DNA from: Bugula neritina
Taxonomy: Eukaryota > Animalia > Bryozoa
DNA length: 64,000 bases
NCBI GenBank assembly: GCA_964035545.1
Contig: OZ037773.1
Span: 5,423,751 to 5,487,750 of the forward strand
Direction of reading: 5' to 3'
Shown here: one piece after another, positions 31,776 to 46,500 of the stretch
Position numbering within the stretch: the stretch's first letter is position 1
How the letters are laid out: each line of letters opens with the position of its first letter
Program-made: the position numbers and the translations under genes
Notes under the pieces: generated by a model
Seen by the model: the letters and a program-made list of their open reading frames with translations, nothing else
The model's database searches: none
What the model was told of the DNA's origin: nothing

Positions 31776-33511
31776 TTACCAAGTTCCATGTGTGAGCATT
31801 TCAGAAACTGATTGGGGCGTAAACTGTAAACTGATACTATTTTCAACAGGCATTTAACATTGCGGAATTGATTTAATTGAAATTAAATAAATTGCGTGTC
31901 AAATGCATATGTTACCAAGCTCAGGCGTTGTACTATACCAACAATCAGTGAAACACTATACAACTAATTTATATAACTAATTATTGACAAATGAAATGAA
32001 AAATAGACATCATGCTTGTAGCAAGTGTTAAATGACACATGTACGTAATTTATTTTATTAAGATGTTTAATTTAAATTTAACTGCTTTTCTTAATCAATA
32101 AAACAAGAGTAAAATCTTTAAGAATTCCAGTGAAATAAGATGTGAATCAGGAACGCCAGTACAAAATATAGAGGTAAGTGCAGTAATGGAGAAGCCTGCA
32201 TGTGTTCTAGATTAGAAATGTAGCAAAATTAGTTCTATTCTTGCAAGAATTTCAACCCGCACCCAAACCAAAATTTAATAAAACAATTGAAGAACTTGGA
32301 CTATCTCAGTTTCTCCACTGCTCCTAAATGTACATAGACATGATTACTTACCAATATAATACATCCGTCTACCAGCTAAGACAGCAATGCCAACCAAGAC
32401 AACTACCCCAGCCGCACCACCAACAGCATATCCTATTACGGACTTATTTGCTTCTCTACTTGTCTCTACAATATAATTGTGGTAGTGGTAACTATGGTAA
32501 CAGGAATAACTATTATAAATCCATATGTGGACAGGTTACTTTCTGTATTTCATAGAAAGTGCTACAGAGGCAAAATACTGTAAAGTCTGTAGCTTCCCTG
32601 CATGGGACACAGTCAACAAATCTTCTGTATTTAAGAGAAGTAGAAAGCTTAACGCAAAAGTTGAAATAACTTTTCTGAAATTTTACCCTTCATAGTGGAA
32701 GATTCATACTGTGTGGTTACACTTGGGGTTTCTGCGACCGTTGATCCAAGCAAGAAGAATGTTGGTGTAGGCATGAATGTTGATCTAGGCGTGAATGTTG
32801 ATCCAGTAGTATATGGTGGTTCAGTAGTGAATGTTGGTCTAGTAGTATATGGTGGTCTAGTAGTAGTATATGGTGGTCTAGTAGTATATGGTCGTCTAGT
32901 AGTAAATGGTCGTCTAGTAGTATATGGTGGTCTAGTAGTACATGTTGGTCTAGTAGTATATGTTGGTCTAGTAGTATATGGTGGTCTAGTAGTATATGTT
33001 GGTCTAGTAGTATATGGTGGTCTAGTAGTAAATGGTGGTCTAGTAGTATATGGTGGTCTAGTAGTAAATGGTCGTCTAGTAGTATATGGTGGTCTAGTAG
33101 TAAATGGTGGTCCAGTAGTATATGGTCGTCTAGTAGTATATGGTCGTCTAGTAGTAAATGGTCGTCTAGTAGTATATGGTGGTCTAGTAGTATATGGTGG
33201 TCTAGTAGTAACAGGTGGTCTAAAAGTAGTGACAGTTGTTGGTATCTCAGTAGTGGTGATGCCAGAAAGTGTGCTATTGGTTGCGCAATCACCTGCAGCA
33301 AAATGATTGGAAATTTAAACATTAAAAGAGCAAATATAGAACAAATTATGAGTGAAGATAATAGAAATCATATCAAAAGCAAAGGTAAGGTCTTTTTTGG
33401 CAATGTATGGCTTTGGTTTTGTTTCAGGTAATTGTTCATTTGTGTTCAAGTACAAACTATTATTAGCTAGGGCACAGATGGACAGACAGACATACATACA
33501 TACATACAGAA

Positions 33512-33580
<69 letters not shown>

Positions 33581-35856
33581 GGCAAACAGAGACAGACGTA
33601 CAAGTAGACAAAGGGACAGACAGACAGACAGAGACGCAAACATGCTGACTTACTAGTCAGAGTGTTACAGCTCGGGTACTTTTGACACAACGCTGCTGCC
33701 ATAACTGTGGAGCTGTTACAGGTGGTAGCGATTATGTTTTCATTTCCCATAATTCTCAAGTTACATTGAGACGGGCTAAACAAGCTAAGTGGTCTCGTGA
33801 TTGGTGATTGGTCAAACTGCCAAAGAAGCTCATCATATGTCGAATAATTTCTGTAGGCGCCAGTCCAGCCATAGCTTATTCCACTTTCTGTACATTCAAA
33901 TAAGATTTTTAATAATATATTGTAGTGTTGCTCTAAAAGCTATTTTAAATTGTCCTTGTATTTATTTTGCAAATTTGAATTTGATTTGCTTAAAAGTATC
34001 CAATTATTGATCTACAATTTATATTGCAAATAAAACTACATGTTTATTCTACTGAAGCCACAATAACTTTGTATTTTCTATATTCTTTAGCGTGTGGGAT
34101 ATTGAACCATAGTGCAATGTGTGACACTATAGCATAATATAATGCTTCAGTTTACTATACAACAAATTGTAATACATGCCACAAGATAGCCTAATGTGAT
34201 TTTACATGCCACAATATAACAGAATATCATTTAAGTATAGTAACAATATCACAGCATATGTGAAAACCTATTATATTTTGCAATATAAAATGTCCCGCAT
34301 ATAATATAATATAATATAACATGTCACGATATAATATATTTCACAATATGATATGTCATGATACAATATAATATAATGATATTATGCCCCAGTATAATTT
34401 AAGATGTTAAATAATAAAGTATGCCACAATATGATATAATCTCTCTCAGACTTACCACTCACAAGATGTGCGAGCCAGGCAATCTGTAAATCTGACTCAG
34501 CTGAGGCGAGCTTTGAGTCAAAATCAACACATGCCTGACTGGCAGCCTCAAAGGTGAAGTTTCCAGGAACCAGCCTGTACAAACATATAAGACACGGTAG
34601 TCTATTAGTGCCTATTAATAACCATGCAGGTTGTGAAACAAATTTAATAGAAAGTATTTTAGCTGATGGCTTTGTCATACTCAAATTAGGCCTAAAGTAA
34701 CTAAAACTTTTACTATTTTGTTTCAACTGGGTGAGGCTTATGATTTTGAAAATATGATTTTCAATGCATTCTTTGTTTCAAATTCAGACATATTCATGTT
34801 AAATTTCGACTGCATATAGTATATGACTGTATACATTTTTTATATAAAATCGACAGATTTATTGGCAAATAAACTGTCATAGTGAATGACTGGATGCTAT
34901 AGTTAATAAACTGCTATTGACCATAGTATAGCAAATATACTGTCATAGATAGTAACTGCTATATTATCAAAACTGCTATTAGCAATAGCATGGCAAATAA
35001 ATTGCTATAGTGATTGCTATTAGCAATTGTATAGTAAATAAGCTGCCATATGTAGTGATTGCTAAAGCTATACATGTACTAAACTGCTACTATAAATAGA
35101 ATAGCAAATACACTGCCATCATATGCAGTGATTGCTACAGATATACTAAACTGCTATCAGCAAAAGTATAGCAAATACACTGCCATATATAGTTATTGCT
35201 ATAGCTATACTAAACTAGCTATAACTATTAGCAATAGCATAGCAACTTGAGTCACCATAGTATTACATGAGTTACATGACACTCACATGAAACAGTGCAG
35301 CCCACCCAGGTGCCAATCCTTGTCACATGCCAACTCTCCTAAGGTAGGTGCAAGTGCTTGCATCAGCAACAGAAACCCTAAAATTTGTACTTTACATACA
35401 AAAGAGATGGCAAGCTATTCAGCATGCAAGATGCCTTGAAAAGAAAAAGTCACTATTAATTTTAAATCAACTATAACTGTATATTATTATGCGGTGTTGA
35501 ACTATGTTATCAAATGATATTATAAATATACCCGCAGGTTGTAACAACTAAAACACGCTCGATCTTTGCAGAGCTGCACAATAATCTCAGAAAATACCAA
35601 ATTTAGTTATAAACGTTGCTTTTTCATGCTTTTTACTAGCATTCTTCTTGAAAAGCTTTGCAGCCCAATTCTCCCATAGCTTAAGCTACTACATAATATT
35701 TTTGAGTTGCCCGAAAAGTCTATTTATTTCAACAACCAAATTCAGGCATAATTAAACAAGTGGTTCACATATCAGATTATAAATTATTTGTTAGTAAACT
35801 GTGACAAAAAATCAGTGATATTAACCTGCAAAAACCACCAAGTGCCGACTTTCCAT
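31776..35856 (-). CDS. Type I membrane protein: signal peptide, C-type lectin-like domain, Thr/Pro/Arg/Tyr repeat stalk, TM helix
   Basis: Exons 35856-35826 (MESRHLVVFA), ~35377-35287 (FLLLMQALAP..CDKDWHLGGLHCF), ~34574-34456 (FTFEAASQAC..SKLAS), ~33886-33654 (YGWTGAYR...ALCQK), 33292-~32687 (TTRPPY repeats), ~32625-32540, ~32465-32352 (VIGYAVGGAAGVVVLVGIAVLAGRR). The last small exons (~31932-31916, ~31823-31776) are uncertain. Confidence 0.75.
32175..32326. mobile_element. MITE family A copy 2
   Basis: Colinear similarity to 1518-1679, including both termini. Confidence 0.7.
32790..33222 (-). repeat. Coding 18-bp tandem repeat (~23 copies) encoding TTRPPY/TTRRPF
   Basis: Minus-strand unit ACTACTAGACCACCATAT, read in the frame set by the acceptor at 33292. 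Confidence 0.9.
33514..33577. repeat. (TA)n microsatellite with flanking (GACA)n/(CATA)n
   Basis: Seen directly. Confidence 0.95.
34860..35245. repeat. Degenerate ~60-bp intronic tandem repeat
   Basis: GCAAATA(A/C)ACTGCCATA...TGATTGCTA...TAAACTGCTA recurs ~6 times. Confidence 0.7.
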
Positions 35857-36977
35857 CTTCTAGTGTTTGTCCTTTAGAATTCACGAACCACTTGCTTATA
35901 AGAGTTGTGAAGCATCAGTTCTGTTGATAAGAGATACTTCAAACAAAGCAAGTTGCTTAGCAAATTTAATTATATAAGAAATTTAAAGAAAAATAAAAGA
36001 CTAATTAATTGCTTTGACTTAAATATCACAACTTGTTACCAATGACTACCTGAAAACAGAATACTATATAATAGAAACAACAGGTCTTGTGCACGGCTAC
36101 TGTTTTGCAATTAGTTTTAGTGTTCAGTTATTCATTCTAAGATTGTTATATGATAAAACTATTTTAAAGAATCCAAACTTCAAAGACAAGCTGTGATTTT
36201 ACAATTCCAAAGTTTGAAGTAAACTTTCAAACTTTTGAATTGAAAGTTTACTTCTACTACCGCTCAATCAACACCTACACAGAAGCATTGAAATATATTC
36301 AAACTTTACACAGTTTGATAAGTCAAATTTGTAAATATCTATTATTACAAAATCTTCCTTTTGTGTAAATTTGTAAATTATATTTTAGAAGACATACTGT
36401 AGAGAATAAAGATAAAATAATAATTAGATAAAAACACAATTTCATAATATTACTGCATTTCATTTCAGAATACAAATCATTATGACTTACATGTACTTTG
36501 TGTGTATAAAAGAACATTAATATAAAATACTAGTATAACATAATGCATTTACTATGCAAGCACTCTATGATATGCTACGTTACGTATAATTAAATATTAA
36601 ATTAAAAATCAATTTTACAAATTCATTTTACATCATCTACTAACATGCCATTGTCAACACACGTGAAAAAGTACAGAAATATAAAAATAAAAACAAAAAT
36701 GACTTCGTGTTGACAGAAATGACTCATTGGGGTGCTAAAAATATCATAAGCTTTGCCTGACAGAAGCTGGTAATAAAAGGTATAGAGATTACTAGTTACA
36801 GGCGGAGTATAGTAACATACGGCGATGTCATAGTACGGCGATGTCATAGTATGCAAATATAAAGCATGCAACCTAATTACAATACAGTAAATTGAAACAT
36901 AATAAATAATACTATTCATTGTTTTAGGTAGTGTTCACACCAAACTTATGGTATATGCTCTTTGGGCATGGTAAAAG

Positions 36978-37507
36978 TTAGAGAGCTTCAAAAACTGGTT
37001 TTTCTGGTGATGTAACAGGGCTACAATATAAAAATAAATTAATATCAAAATAACGACCAACATTTAACCGAATTAGTAAGCAATGCCAGGATCACAGTTT
37101 CAAAAGATATCAGTATTTAAAGTAATTATTACTGAAACCTGATGTATATTATATTAAGTTGTAACTATGCTGTAAAATTACTTGAATAATAGAAGTAAAG
37201 GGAGGAAAAACTATATAGCCTACAATACAATATACTACAATACACGATAATCCAATACAACACATACCGTACAATACAATATAATACATAAAATATAATA
37301 TACAATCATACATAATATAATACAATACAATATAATACACATTATACACATATCTACACATTGATGTCTACACATTTATATCTGTACATTGATATCTACA
37401 CATTGATGTCTTACCTCTCCATCTCTTGGGCCCAATCAAGTCGCTGCCTTCCTCCTTCAGGTGTCTTCATAACATCAAAGATTTCTTCACTACTGTGACT
37501 ATGTCTA

Positions 37508-37555
<48 letters not shown>

Positions 37556-40500
37556 CTATAACTTATATTCAGCATATATACATATTATAAAACTATATAC
37601 AGTGTATATACATATTATTATATAACTTATATACATTATATAACTCATCACACATGCATTATATATGCATGTTATATTATAATTTCTCATATACATTATA
37701 TATTATAGATACATATTATATTATTTATATACTTTATAGATGCATTATTATATATGTCTAACCCAATATTTATTTTTAGCTCTGGCTTGGCAGATGACAC
37801 TGGTGGTGTTGTGGTTGTGGGTGCTTTTGGAGTTGAGGATACTGGAGTTGTGGGTACTTGGGGAGACGTCTCCTCATCTGCAATTAAACGTCAACTTAAT
37901 ATTATCAGTTTAATTTTAGTGAAGCCTGCAGTTTGAACACACAATTAGCTTCAATCATAAATAAATAAATATAACCTGCATTCTGCAGGCTATATTTATT
38001 TCTGTATATATTCTCTACATTTAGTTTTTTATTATCATTTTTTTATTATTGATTTCTTTCCTTCTGCATGTTTATATTTATATTCTTCTGTTATAGACAA
38101 GTGTTAAATCGCAAAAACTTGTTGAATACTTTTACTTAATACAAAATATTATTCTGTCAGGTTTTTATAAAATAATCTGAGGAGTTGTCTTTCCACTATA
38201 GAAATATTAGGCCCCATGCTATAATATCTGTCCAATGAGCACATGGAAATATAACTAAACTGCATTCTAAAAGCGAGCCCTTTATAAGACTGTTACACTT
38301 GACTTCATTAAGACTATTTTACAGAAAACATGTGGAATTCAATTTCACATCTAGTAAACATTCAAAAAGTAAGTTGGGTAAGAATTGCCGACAGAAATTA
38401 ACACTACGCTGAGCAATGAAATAAAAGCATTGCCTCAAATCAGCTGCTAGCTTATAGAAATGATTTCCCAACAAATAGAGATTTGATGTGAATTATAACT
38501 CAGGGTACATAAGACCAGCTCAGCTACAGCATTTTATACACAGCAACAATAACCTAACTAATGATACACATTCAGCTGTATGATACAGCTACAACTATCA
38601 TACCAACAACTATAGGTATAAGACGTGGGTCGCTTACAGCAAATTTTACACATGAAAAAATTATAAGCTAAAATTTTTAGAAAAACAAAGCCACCAATTT
38701 AGCAGCTAAAATGGCTTGTGATTGCTCAACAGTTAATTTTACTTGAACATAGACTTAGAACCTGGCCGTACCTGTGGAGACTGGGTCATCACAGTCCACC
38801 CAACCTTCTTCATCATCTAACTCCACTTCATTCCTTACGTCCAGCTGTTTCTTTTTCTGGTAATAGAATCATAAAAATGTAACAGTGTATTATTGGGTGA
38901 ATGGAATTACGAACATATGAAGAACAGAGCAGTAATAAAAATGCCACAGCTTATGGATAGTAATATAGATAATGAAGTTCAACAAAAAACAGACAATCGA
39001 ATCAAATATATAAATCTAGTTCTTTTACAATAGATTATATAAACATTTGGTGGCTATGATGTCCATTACTAATACTTCAAGATTAGACCCATTGTCCAGT
39101 CTAGCAAATTCATGACTTAGCCATCTAATTACTGGGTGACAGTGCGAGACAGTAGCATTTCAATTAACACATTATGCTAATTTTTAGGCTGAAATCTTAA
39201 TTAGACAAAATAGTTATCTATATGCATGTTCCTGGTTATTTAAAAAACGTCGTTTTGAACGTTTGAAGCATTCCACAGTATCTGGATATATCTAACTGTC
39301 TGAGTATTCTAAAAGTCTACTTCCCACTCATATCCTCTTATAACATCAATTAAAATGGTTGAAGCTAACAGAATGTGTAGAAAACTCCAAAAACACAATT
39401 TTTCCTTTTGGCAAAATTAGATTAACTATCTATTATAGGTGGAAACTATGCTTTACCTTATCTGCAGCAGTAGTATCAGCTGTAGCAGCTCCTTTCCCAT
39501 CTGCTGGATAAGAATAATATGATTCAACGACACGAGTACAAACTGAGCCTTTTACATAATATAATATGAGTATAAACTAGCCGAGAGTTATATCATATAA
39601 ATACTGCTCCAGGGGGAAAAGCAAAGCCGTACCAAGAATGTTCAGGAAATATTATCAGCTTTTTCAGACACAAATTGATACTGTTTTTTTGTTAATTTGT
39701 ATTTATTATATACTCCCACATACAAACTGTAACTTATTCATTCTAAATAAAGAGCTAAGAGTCAACTATACACAATGATCACCAAGAGTTGATACATAGA
39801 CTGAGGGTCACATACACTAACTGTATATAGAAGGATAGAAGCAAAGACCAACCAGATTTAGCAGCACCAGAAGCCTGAGTTCTATTAGCTGAGTTAGTTG
39901 GATAGGCTGTGTTACCCCCTCCACCACTCCTACCACCTTGACGTCTTCGCTGACCTCTGTCCTTAGCCCTAGCACCTGATGGAGGTAGGGCTCGGGGGTC
40001 GTAGTCCTTCGTCCTGACACCCTCAGCTGAGGGTTGGACCTGATCAGCTGACAGCTTCTCACTTGGCTGCTGGTTCGCTGGTGAGTGCTGATTGGCTGAT
40101 GGGACAGACTTCTTATTGGACGAAGGACGAATTTTAGACCCTAAGCAACGGGCAGAGCAGTTATTCAAGAAGAGCCGGGTTACCATGGTGACAGATAGAT
40201 ATAAAGACAAGCAGAGAGACGACAACTAGATATTAGTATTGCACTACCCAATCCATACATATTTCATGACCTAATGTCTGTACACAGTTTATTATAAAAA
40301 ATTCATGTCACTCTAATGTGTATCATGTGAGGTATTATAATAGTTGACCATCACCACAGCTGTTAGAAATGTTGAGCAAAGAGCCAGTATATTTGATCAG
40401 CCGACAGGAAGCAAGGAATTACCTGCGGAAACTGAGGAATTTTGGGTAAAACTTGGCGACTTGAGTTGATCTGTTGACGAGGTTGTAACGGGAGACGAGA

Positions 40501-43500
40501 TGGTGACTTTGAGTTGTGATTCAGATTGCTCCACCTAGAAAAAAGAAATACTACATCACTGAAATCACTGCATGGAAAGAAATAGTATATGTTAGTGTAG
40601 AAACACTGTATGGAAACACATGGGAGAGATTGGTGCTGAGTTTAATACAGTAACAAACACGCAATGCATTCTATTTTCAGTAGCAAAATTGAAATAATTA
40701 CAGTCTGTCGACAGAAAGAGAAGACTGAAAGGCTTGAGCATGAAAGACTTGAGTATGTGATAGATTTGAGTCAGAGAGACTTGAGCATCTGAAAGCTGTT
40801 GGTACAGAGAAACAAACATTCAACAGTTGACCATAAACAGCATACATCACCTTCCGCGGTGCGTCTGTGTTGCCCTGTGACAGTTTCCGTTGACGATTAG
40901 AGCCCCTACCACGCCCTCTAGGAGCTCGGCCCCGGGAGGATGAAACACCCCTCATACCCGGAGTGTCTTTGGGACCTGTGAATACAAATCATGACTAACA
41001 GACTTGCCTGGCTGCATTATTAGCACACTTGAAATTCACAGCATTAGACCTATTCAATGAATTTACAATTATGATCAATAATTTTTTGATAAATATGAAT
41101 ATAATATACCTGTACAGTGTACACCAAGTCACTATGAGGATCAAGGGCAGACAATTTCAAATAATACATTAATTCCTCTATTTAGCTTTAGCAAATAATT
41201 CACAATACAATTCATTTTAAGAAGTTCATTTCAATATTTATTCCAAAACACCATAAATATCATCAAATAAAAAACAACCATTTCAAGATAAAACCAAGTT
41301 TTCTTCTACTCAAAGAAATAAATTTTTCGTAACCCAACTAGATTCATTCAAACTTTAGATTATTAGAAATTAGTCATTAGGTACAGTAGTATAGTTATAG
41401 TGCTTATAATATGATTTGAAAACAAGAGAAACTGTGTAAGCATAAAGAGCTCAATGCTTCCACAAAAACAAAACAAATTTAAATGAGAACGTAACACTCA
41501 AAACAAATGAACAAGGAACATGTAGTACTGGAACAGCTTAAAGTAGAAAGTATTAGGACAGCCTAAATGGACGGGGTATTCACACCGACTGTCCTTCATT
41601 TCAATTTACCTCAAGTCAAGTGATATTTGGTAAAACCTTATAATGATATCAAAGTACACTCTGAGCAGAAATATTACAACTCAGACAACTCCCGATATGA
41701 TGAAAAGCTAATTTGAGCTAGTAACTTGTAGTTAAATATAAATTGATAATGTGAATAAGGTAAAACTGAGAAAGTGAGTAGAAATAGTAGAGTTATCCAG
41801 CATTAACTAGAGCATAATCACATGTAATAAATAGTCAGGTAGTGAAATAACTTGGTGAATAAAAATTGATCAAACTAAACAGACAGGGGAGACGACTCAA
41901 ACCATCCATGTATATTAGACAGCGCACTGGGAGATAAGACCTACAATAATACTAACTGTATGTACGTATAATACTAACTGTATGTACGTATAATACCTAC
42001 TGTACATGCAATGCTTAATGCACTGTATATATGTATAATACTTACATTATGTATGTATATTTCTTACTGTATATAATTACAATGCTTACTATATATATGT
42101 ACAATGTTTACTGTACATATAATTTGATAATATCAACAAATACACGTGCTCAATAATCTCGCATGCCAGTCACACTAAATCATATACTTTACAATCAAAA
42201 CACAAGCGAAACAAATTCAACTGTCAAGATCCAAGTTGGAAAGGGGGGAGGTCAGAGACCACCTGCAGTTTATGAGCTTCAATCATAGAACTTTGGCTGC
42301 AGATCAAGAATAGATTTGTATCCAGGAATAGATGATCATGGTTAAGAAAATACCGAGAGTTCTCAGGAGCTGGTGGTTTCCACTGTGAAGAAATATCTCA
42401 AAAAGATATTTGGATCAATAAGAAAACCGCAACTAATACCAGATCTGAAGTAGAATCCCCAGAGTGGGAGAGAAATCCCAAAATAATAACACTCGAGAAA
42501 ATGAGCAGGCAGCCAATGTGTAGCACGTCAACATAACACACTGGGGCCTGTAACTCAGCTTGTTATTTATTCATTGGATATAAGGGAGGAGTATAGCAGT
42601 TAGAGTGCTGGCCTAGTAAACACGAGATCAGTGGTGCGAGTCCAAACACCGGCAGTAATGTTAAAAAGAGCCTTCAGTCATAATTTCTCCTGCGCCACAT
42701 ACCAATAAGTCCTTGGCGCAATTTAAAATTCTTTTCTCACAGGAAGAGTGACTATGAGTTTATATGAGGTTTTATAAAGGAGTGGGGGAGCGTGGTGAAC
42801 ACTAGATGGCACACACGTGATGTCACACAGACGCGGGAGTGGTCACGCAGACAGGAAGTGGCAACACGACCAGACAGACACCTGCAAACTGGTGTCAACA
42901 TGCCAACACAACCAATACCTGGTCGCGGAGGTCGAGAGCTGATCAGAGGCACGACGTTGGCAGCGCTGACTACGAATCGTCCGCTGCCAATTCTCTTAGC
43001 TTGCATACAATATCAACACACCACTGAATCTCACTGCCAAACTAGCAGGTTTTACAATAAAAACTCTGAGCAAAACCCAGATAAAATTGGCAAAAATATT
43101 TTCACTTGAAAATCTTGATATTCTGATTTACCACATATTTTAAGTGTATGATGGTATTATTCATACCACAACTCACAGTGCTAGCATATTTAGTAACTTG
43201 GTAATGTAGTTACAATAAAAACTTTGAAAAAAAATGCAGACAATTGGTAAAAATATTTTTATTTGAAGATTTTACTAGTCAAGTTAACAGATGTTCCAAT
43301 TGTATTATCTGTACCACAATTCATAGTGATAGCATATTTAATAACCACAGAGGGAGGCTACCTGATAATATAATTACATCATCATATGGCACACCTTCAG
43401 TCACAGACAAGCACCTGCATCTGTCAGTCAGCTTTCATTCAATGTGCATGTGGACACCGAATGACAATGAGTAAGTTTGACACTTGTTGGGAACACATTG

Positions 43501-46500
43501 TTTGATTATAAAATCAAAACTCACTGTTATTTAAGTTACTTGCAGCTCACTAAAACTCCTAACTGCTACTCTGAATATGTATTATAAATCATAAAGTACA
43601 CCAGGTAACCCTTTAACAAAGGCTTTGTCCCAGGAAGTTGTCCCCCTTGTCATTCAGTGTCCACTTAAATGTAGCCTTAGAGCCTAGCACAGGTACACCA
43701 TACACTCTCAGTCTACTTACTGTGTTTTTTATTGTCTATCTCTTTGTAGATGTTATACTCTTCAGGAGGTTCTTCACTAAAACATGACAAGAAATCTAAT
43801 TGGTCAAACAACCAAGGTTTAGGCAAACGAAAATTTTGTATTAAACTGACTATAAATAAAAAAAATAAATATAATTTATTAATTTGAGTAACAATACTCT
43901 TGTGAATAAAATTAGGCAACCAGGTTTATATTATTGAAATAAACAACAAGTATTTGACTCGAATCCTTGATTAATTATACACCGAAATTGACTGAAAGAT
44001 TTGAATCGAAAACATAGTGTTTATTTTAATGAAGTTTTAGTAATACTAATCATTTTATTCACAAAAAGTAATAAAAAATATGACAGCAGATTGAAATTAA
44101 TATTGTTTTGCAGCAGTAAACACGGCATATGGTGCAAGATTGACCGCAGGGATTCTCAAATATTTCCGGATACATTTTCCCATAAAGAAAGATACATGGT
44201 TATCTTATCAGCTAAGCTATTCAATAGAGCAAGTCTTTTCAATTCACACTAAATCTTCACAAGAACATGACTTCATTAGCTAGAAAGTTCTAGAATGTAA
44301 CGACTTACTTGTTAGATGTGGGTTTGCTACTGTCCCACTCTCTCTTCCACCCACCCTGTGAGTTCTTAGCTCTTTCCACACGCTGCTGATCCCACCTGTC
44401 TCTCTCACCTTTCCATTTGTTGTGTTCAACCCTTTCCTTTCCAGTCATATGCACGGCGGGGTTAAACTCTTTCTGATTGGCTAGCTGGTAACAGAATGTT
44501 GGCTTGTTAATTCGTCAGTTGTCTCAACAAATAATGTGTTGCTTGACACGTCTATCTGGTAGATTGTTTGATGCCCTCCAACCAAAACTAATGAATTCTC
44601 AAGAAGCCCAACAAAGAAAAACGCGTAAATAATTTCTCAAAAACTACATTTCACGGCTTTCCATGCTTACATTGCTCTACCCTATGCTTACATTGCTCTA
44701 CCCTATGCTTACATTGCTCTTCCCAATGCTTACATTACGCTGCCGATCTTGCCGAATCTTGTCTCTCAGATCGATGTTTTCACCCCCGCCATAGTTATTA
44801 TGATGCCTAAACCCTCCTCTACCACCTCTCCGGTTGTCCTGGTTTGTCCTACTCATGTCTCGTAGAAAGTTGCCACCATCATTAAAACCCTGCTGATTCT
44901 GAAATATATACACTGTACACTTGACGGCTTAGGAATACAGCATATGACAGAACTACTTGTACTGATTTAGTTAAAAAAGACCAGCCGCTGCTAAACGAAA
45001 ACAGAAGTTTTGCTAGTAAAGTTCAACTAAAATGTCTCTATCATATCTCATAGTGAAAAACAATAAGACTATCCAGTAATGGTAAAGTATCATCTAAATA
45101 TTAAAATCAAGCAAGAGAAGACAGCTGAGCCCAACAAACCTTCATATCCAGTTCGTAGGAGGCAGCATTCTGTTTACGGATTGCGTCATATGACTGGTCA
45201 TGTGACTTGGGAGGGATTCTCCCACTACCCGGAGATTTGAATCCCCCACGGTTACTGGGAGTAAGTAGGGCTATTGCTGCATCCCAATCCTCACTATTTT
45301 GTGGTGCGTTGGATGAACCATGACTAATTTGTGACTTGGGGCCTCCTGGGCTGCTGGAAGGAAGGAGGGGTGGTACAGACTCGTCCCAACCATTTACAGC
45401 TCCGTCCGCACTAATAGGACTAGCCACTGAAACAATCACTTCCAGTCATAAATAAAATACATATAAAAGCGTTTGAGCAACTATAGTCTAGTGCAGGGGT
45501 GTCCAACCTTTTCAAACCGAGGGCCACAGAAATGAAATATTTCATGGTGAGGGCCACATTGTAAGCTTCAGCTTGTGCTGGGGGCCACAGCATCAGTATT
45601 TTTCAAACTACTTTATTCCAAAACTTTATGAATCATTACACAATTAAGTCTCAATAGTTACTGCCAGCTGCATTTTTTGTGTTATTTGTATAAATAAGGC
45701 ATTTAAAAGGTGGCTTTTTGCTTTAATTCATGTAAACAGTGAAAAATTATTTTAGCTTTATGCCTTCAAGGGCCACATAAATGTAGGCTGGGGGCCACAT
45801 CCGGCCCTAGGGCCGCCTGTTGGACAGCCCTGGTCTAGTGGTTAGAGTGCTGGCCTAATAAATCCGAAGTCATGGGTTCGAACCCCAGTAAAGGCCGTCG
45901 GTGATGTTAGGAGGAGCATCCAGTCATAATTGCTCCTGAACTAGATATGAAGAAGTCCTTAGCCCGCTTCAAGAAAAACGTTTTCGTCAGGGCTTTTTAC
46001 AGGGATAGTGACTATAAACTTTCGTGAGTTTTTATAAAAACATTTCATAGGTACATGAAGAATGGTACAGCTACACTAGAGATCTCTCTGTCAGGCCAAA
46101 GTAATAACAGCTGAAACAGGAAATATACTGCTTTGCATTGTGTTGTGCTAGTCGCTACAAGTAGGCTTACGATTCTGATTCGGCCATTGAGTACAACAAC
46201 TTTCATCAAGTTCCTAAAACTTAAGTTTAGACGCAATATAATGGGTTAATAAAGTGTGTGAAAATAAGCAAAGTAAGTTTAAACTAGGAACAAATACTAG
46301 ATAACAATAAGATATGCAACCAATGTTTGAATATGAAACATTGTTCTTACTGCCGGGAGAAGAATGTGAAAGACCTCCACGCCTGCCCCTCCCCCTGCCA
46401 CCCCTAGGTGTGCTCCCTCTACCACGTCCAGACTTCAGGGGAGGCTTAGAGTGACGTGGTGTTTCAACATCCGGGTTATCACCGGGCCAGTTAGCTCCTT

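Noticed and set aside
32695-33322. 203-aa (VYGGLV)n and 201-aa (LLDHHI)n ORFs
   Set aside because: These are shadow frames of the 18-bp repeat. Splice phase places the lectin gene in the third frame (TTRPPY).
42263-42382. Possible poison exon in CCDC9 (good acceptor, early TGA in phase 1)
   Set aside because: The donor CAG|GTGGTC is weak and nothing else supports it without RNA data.
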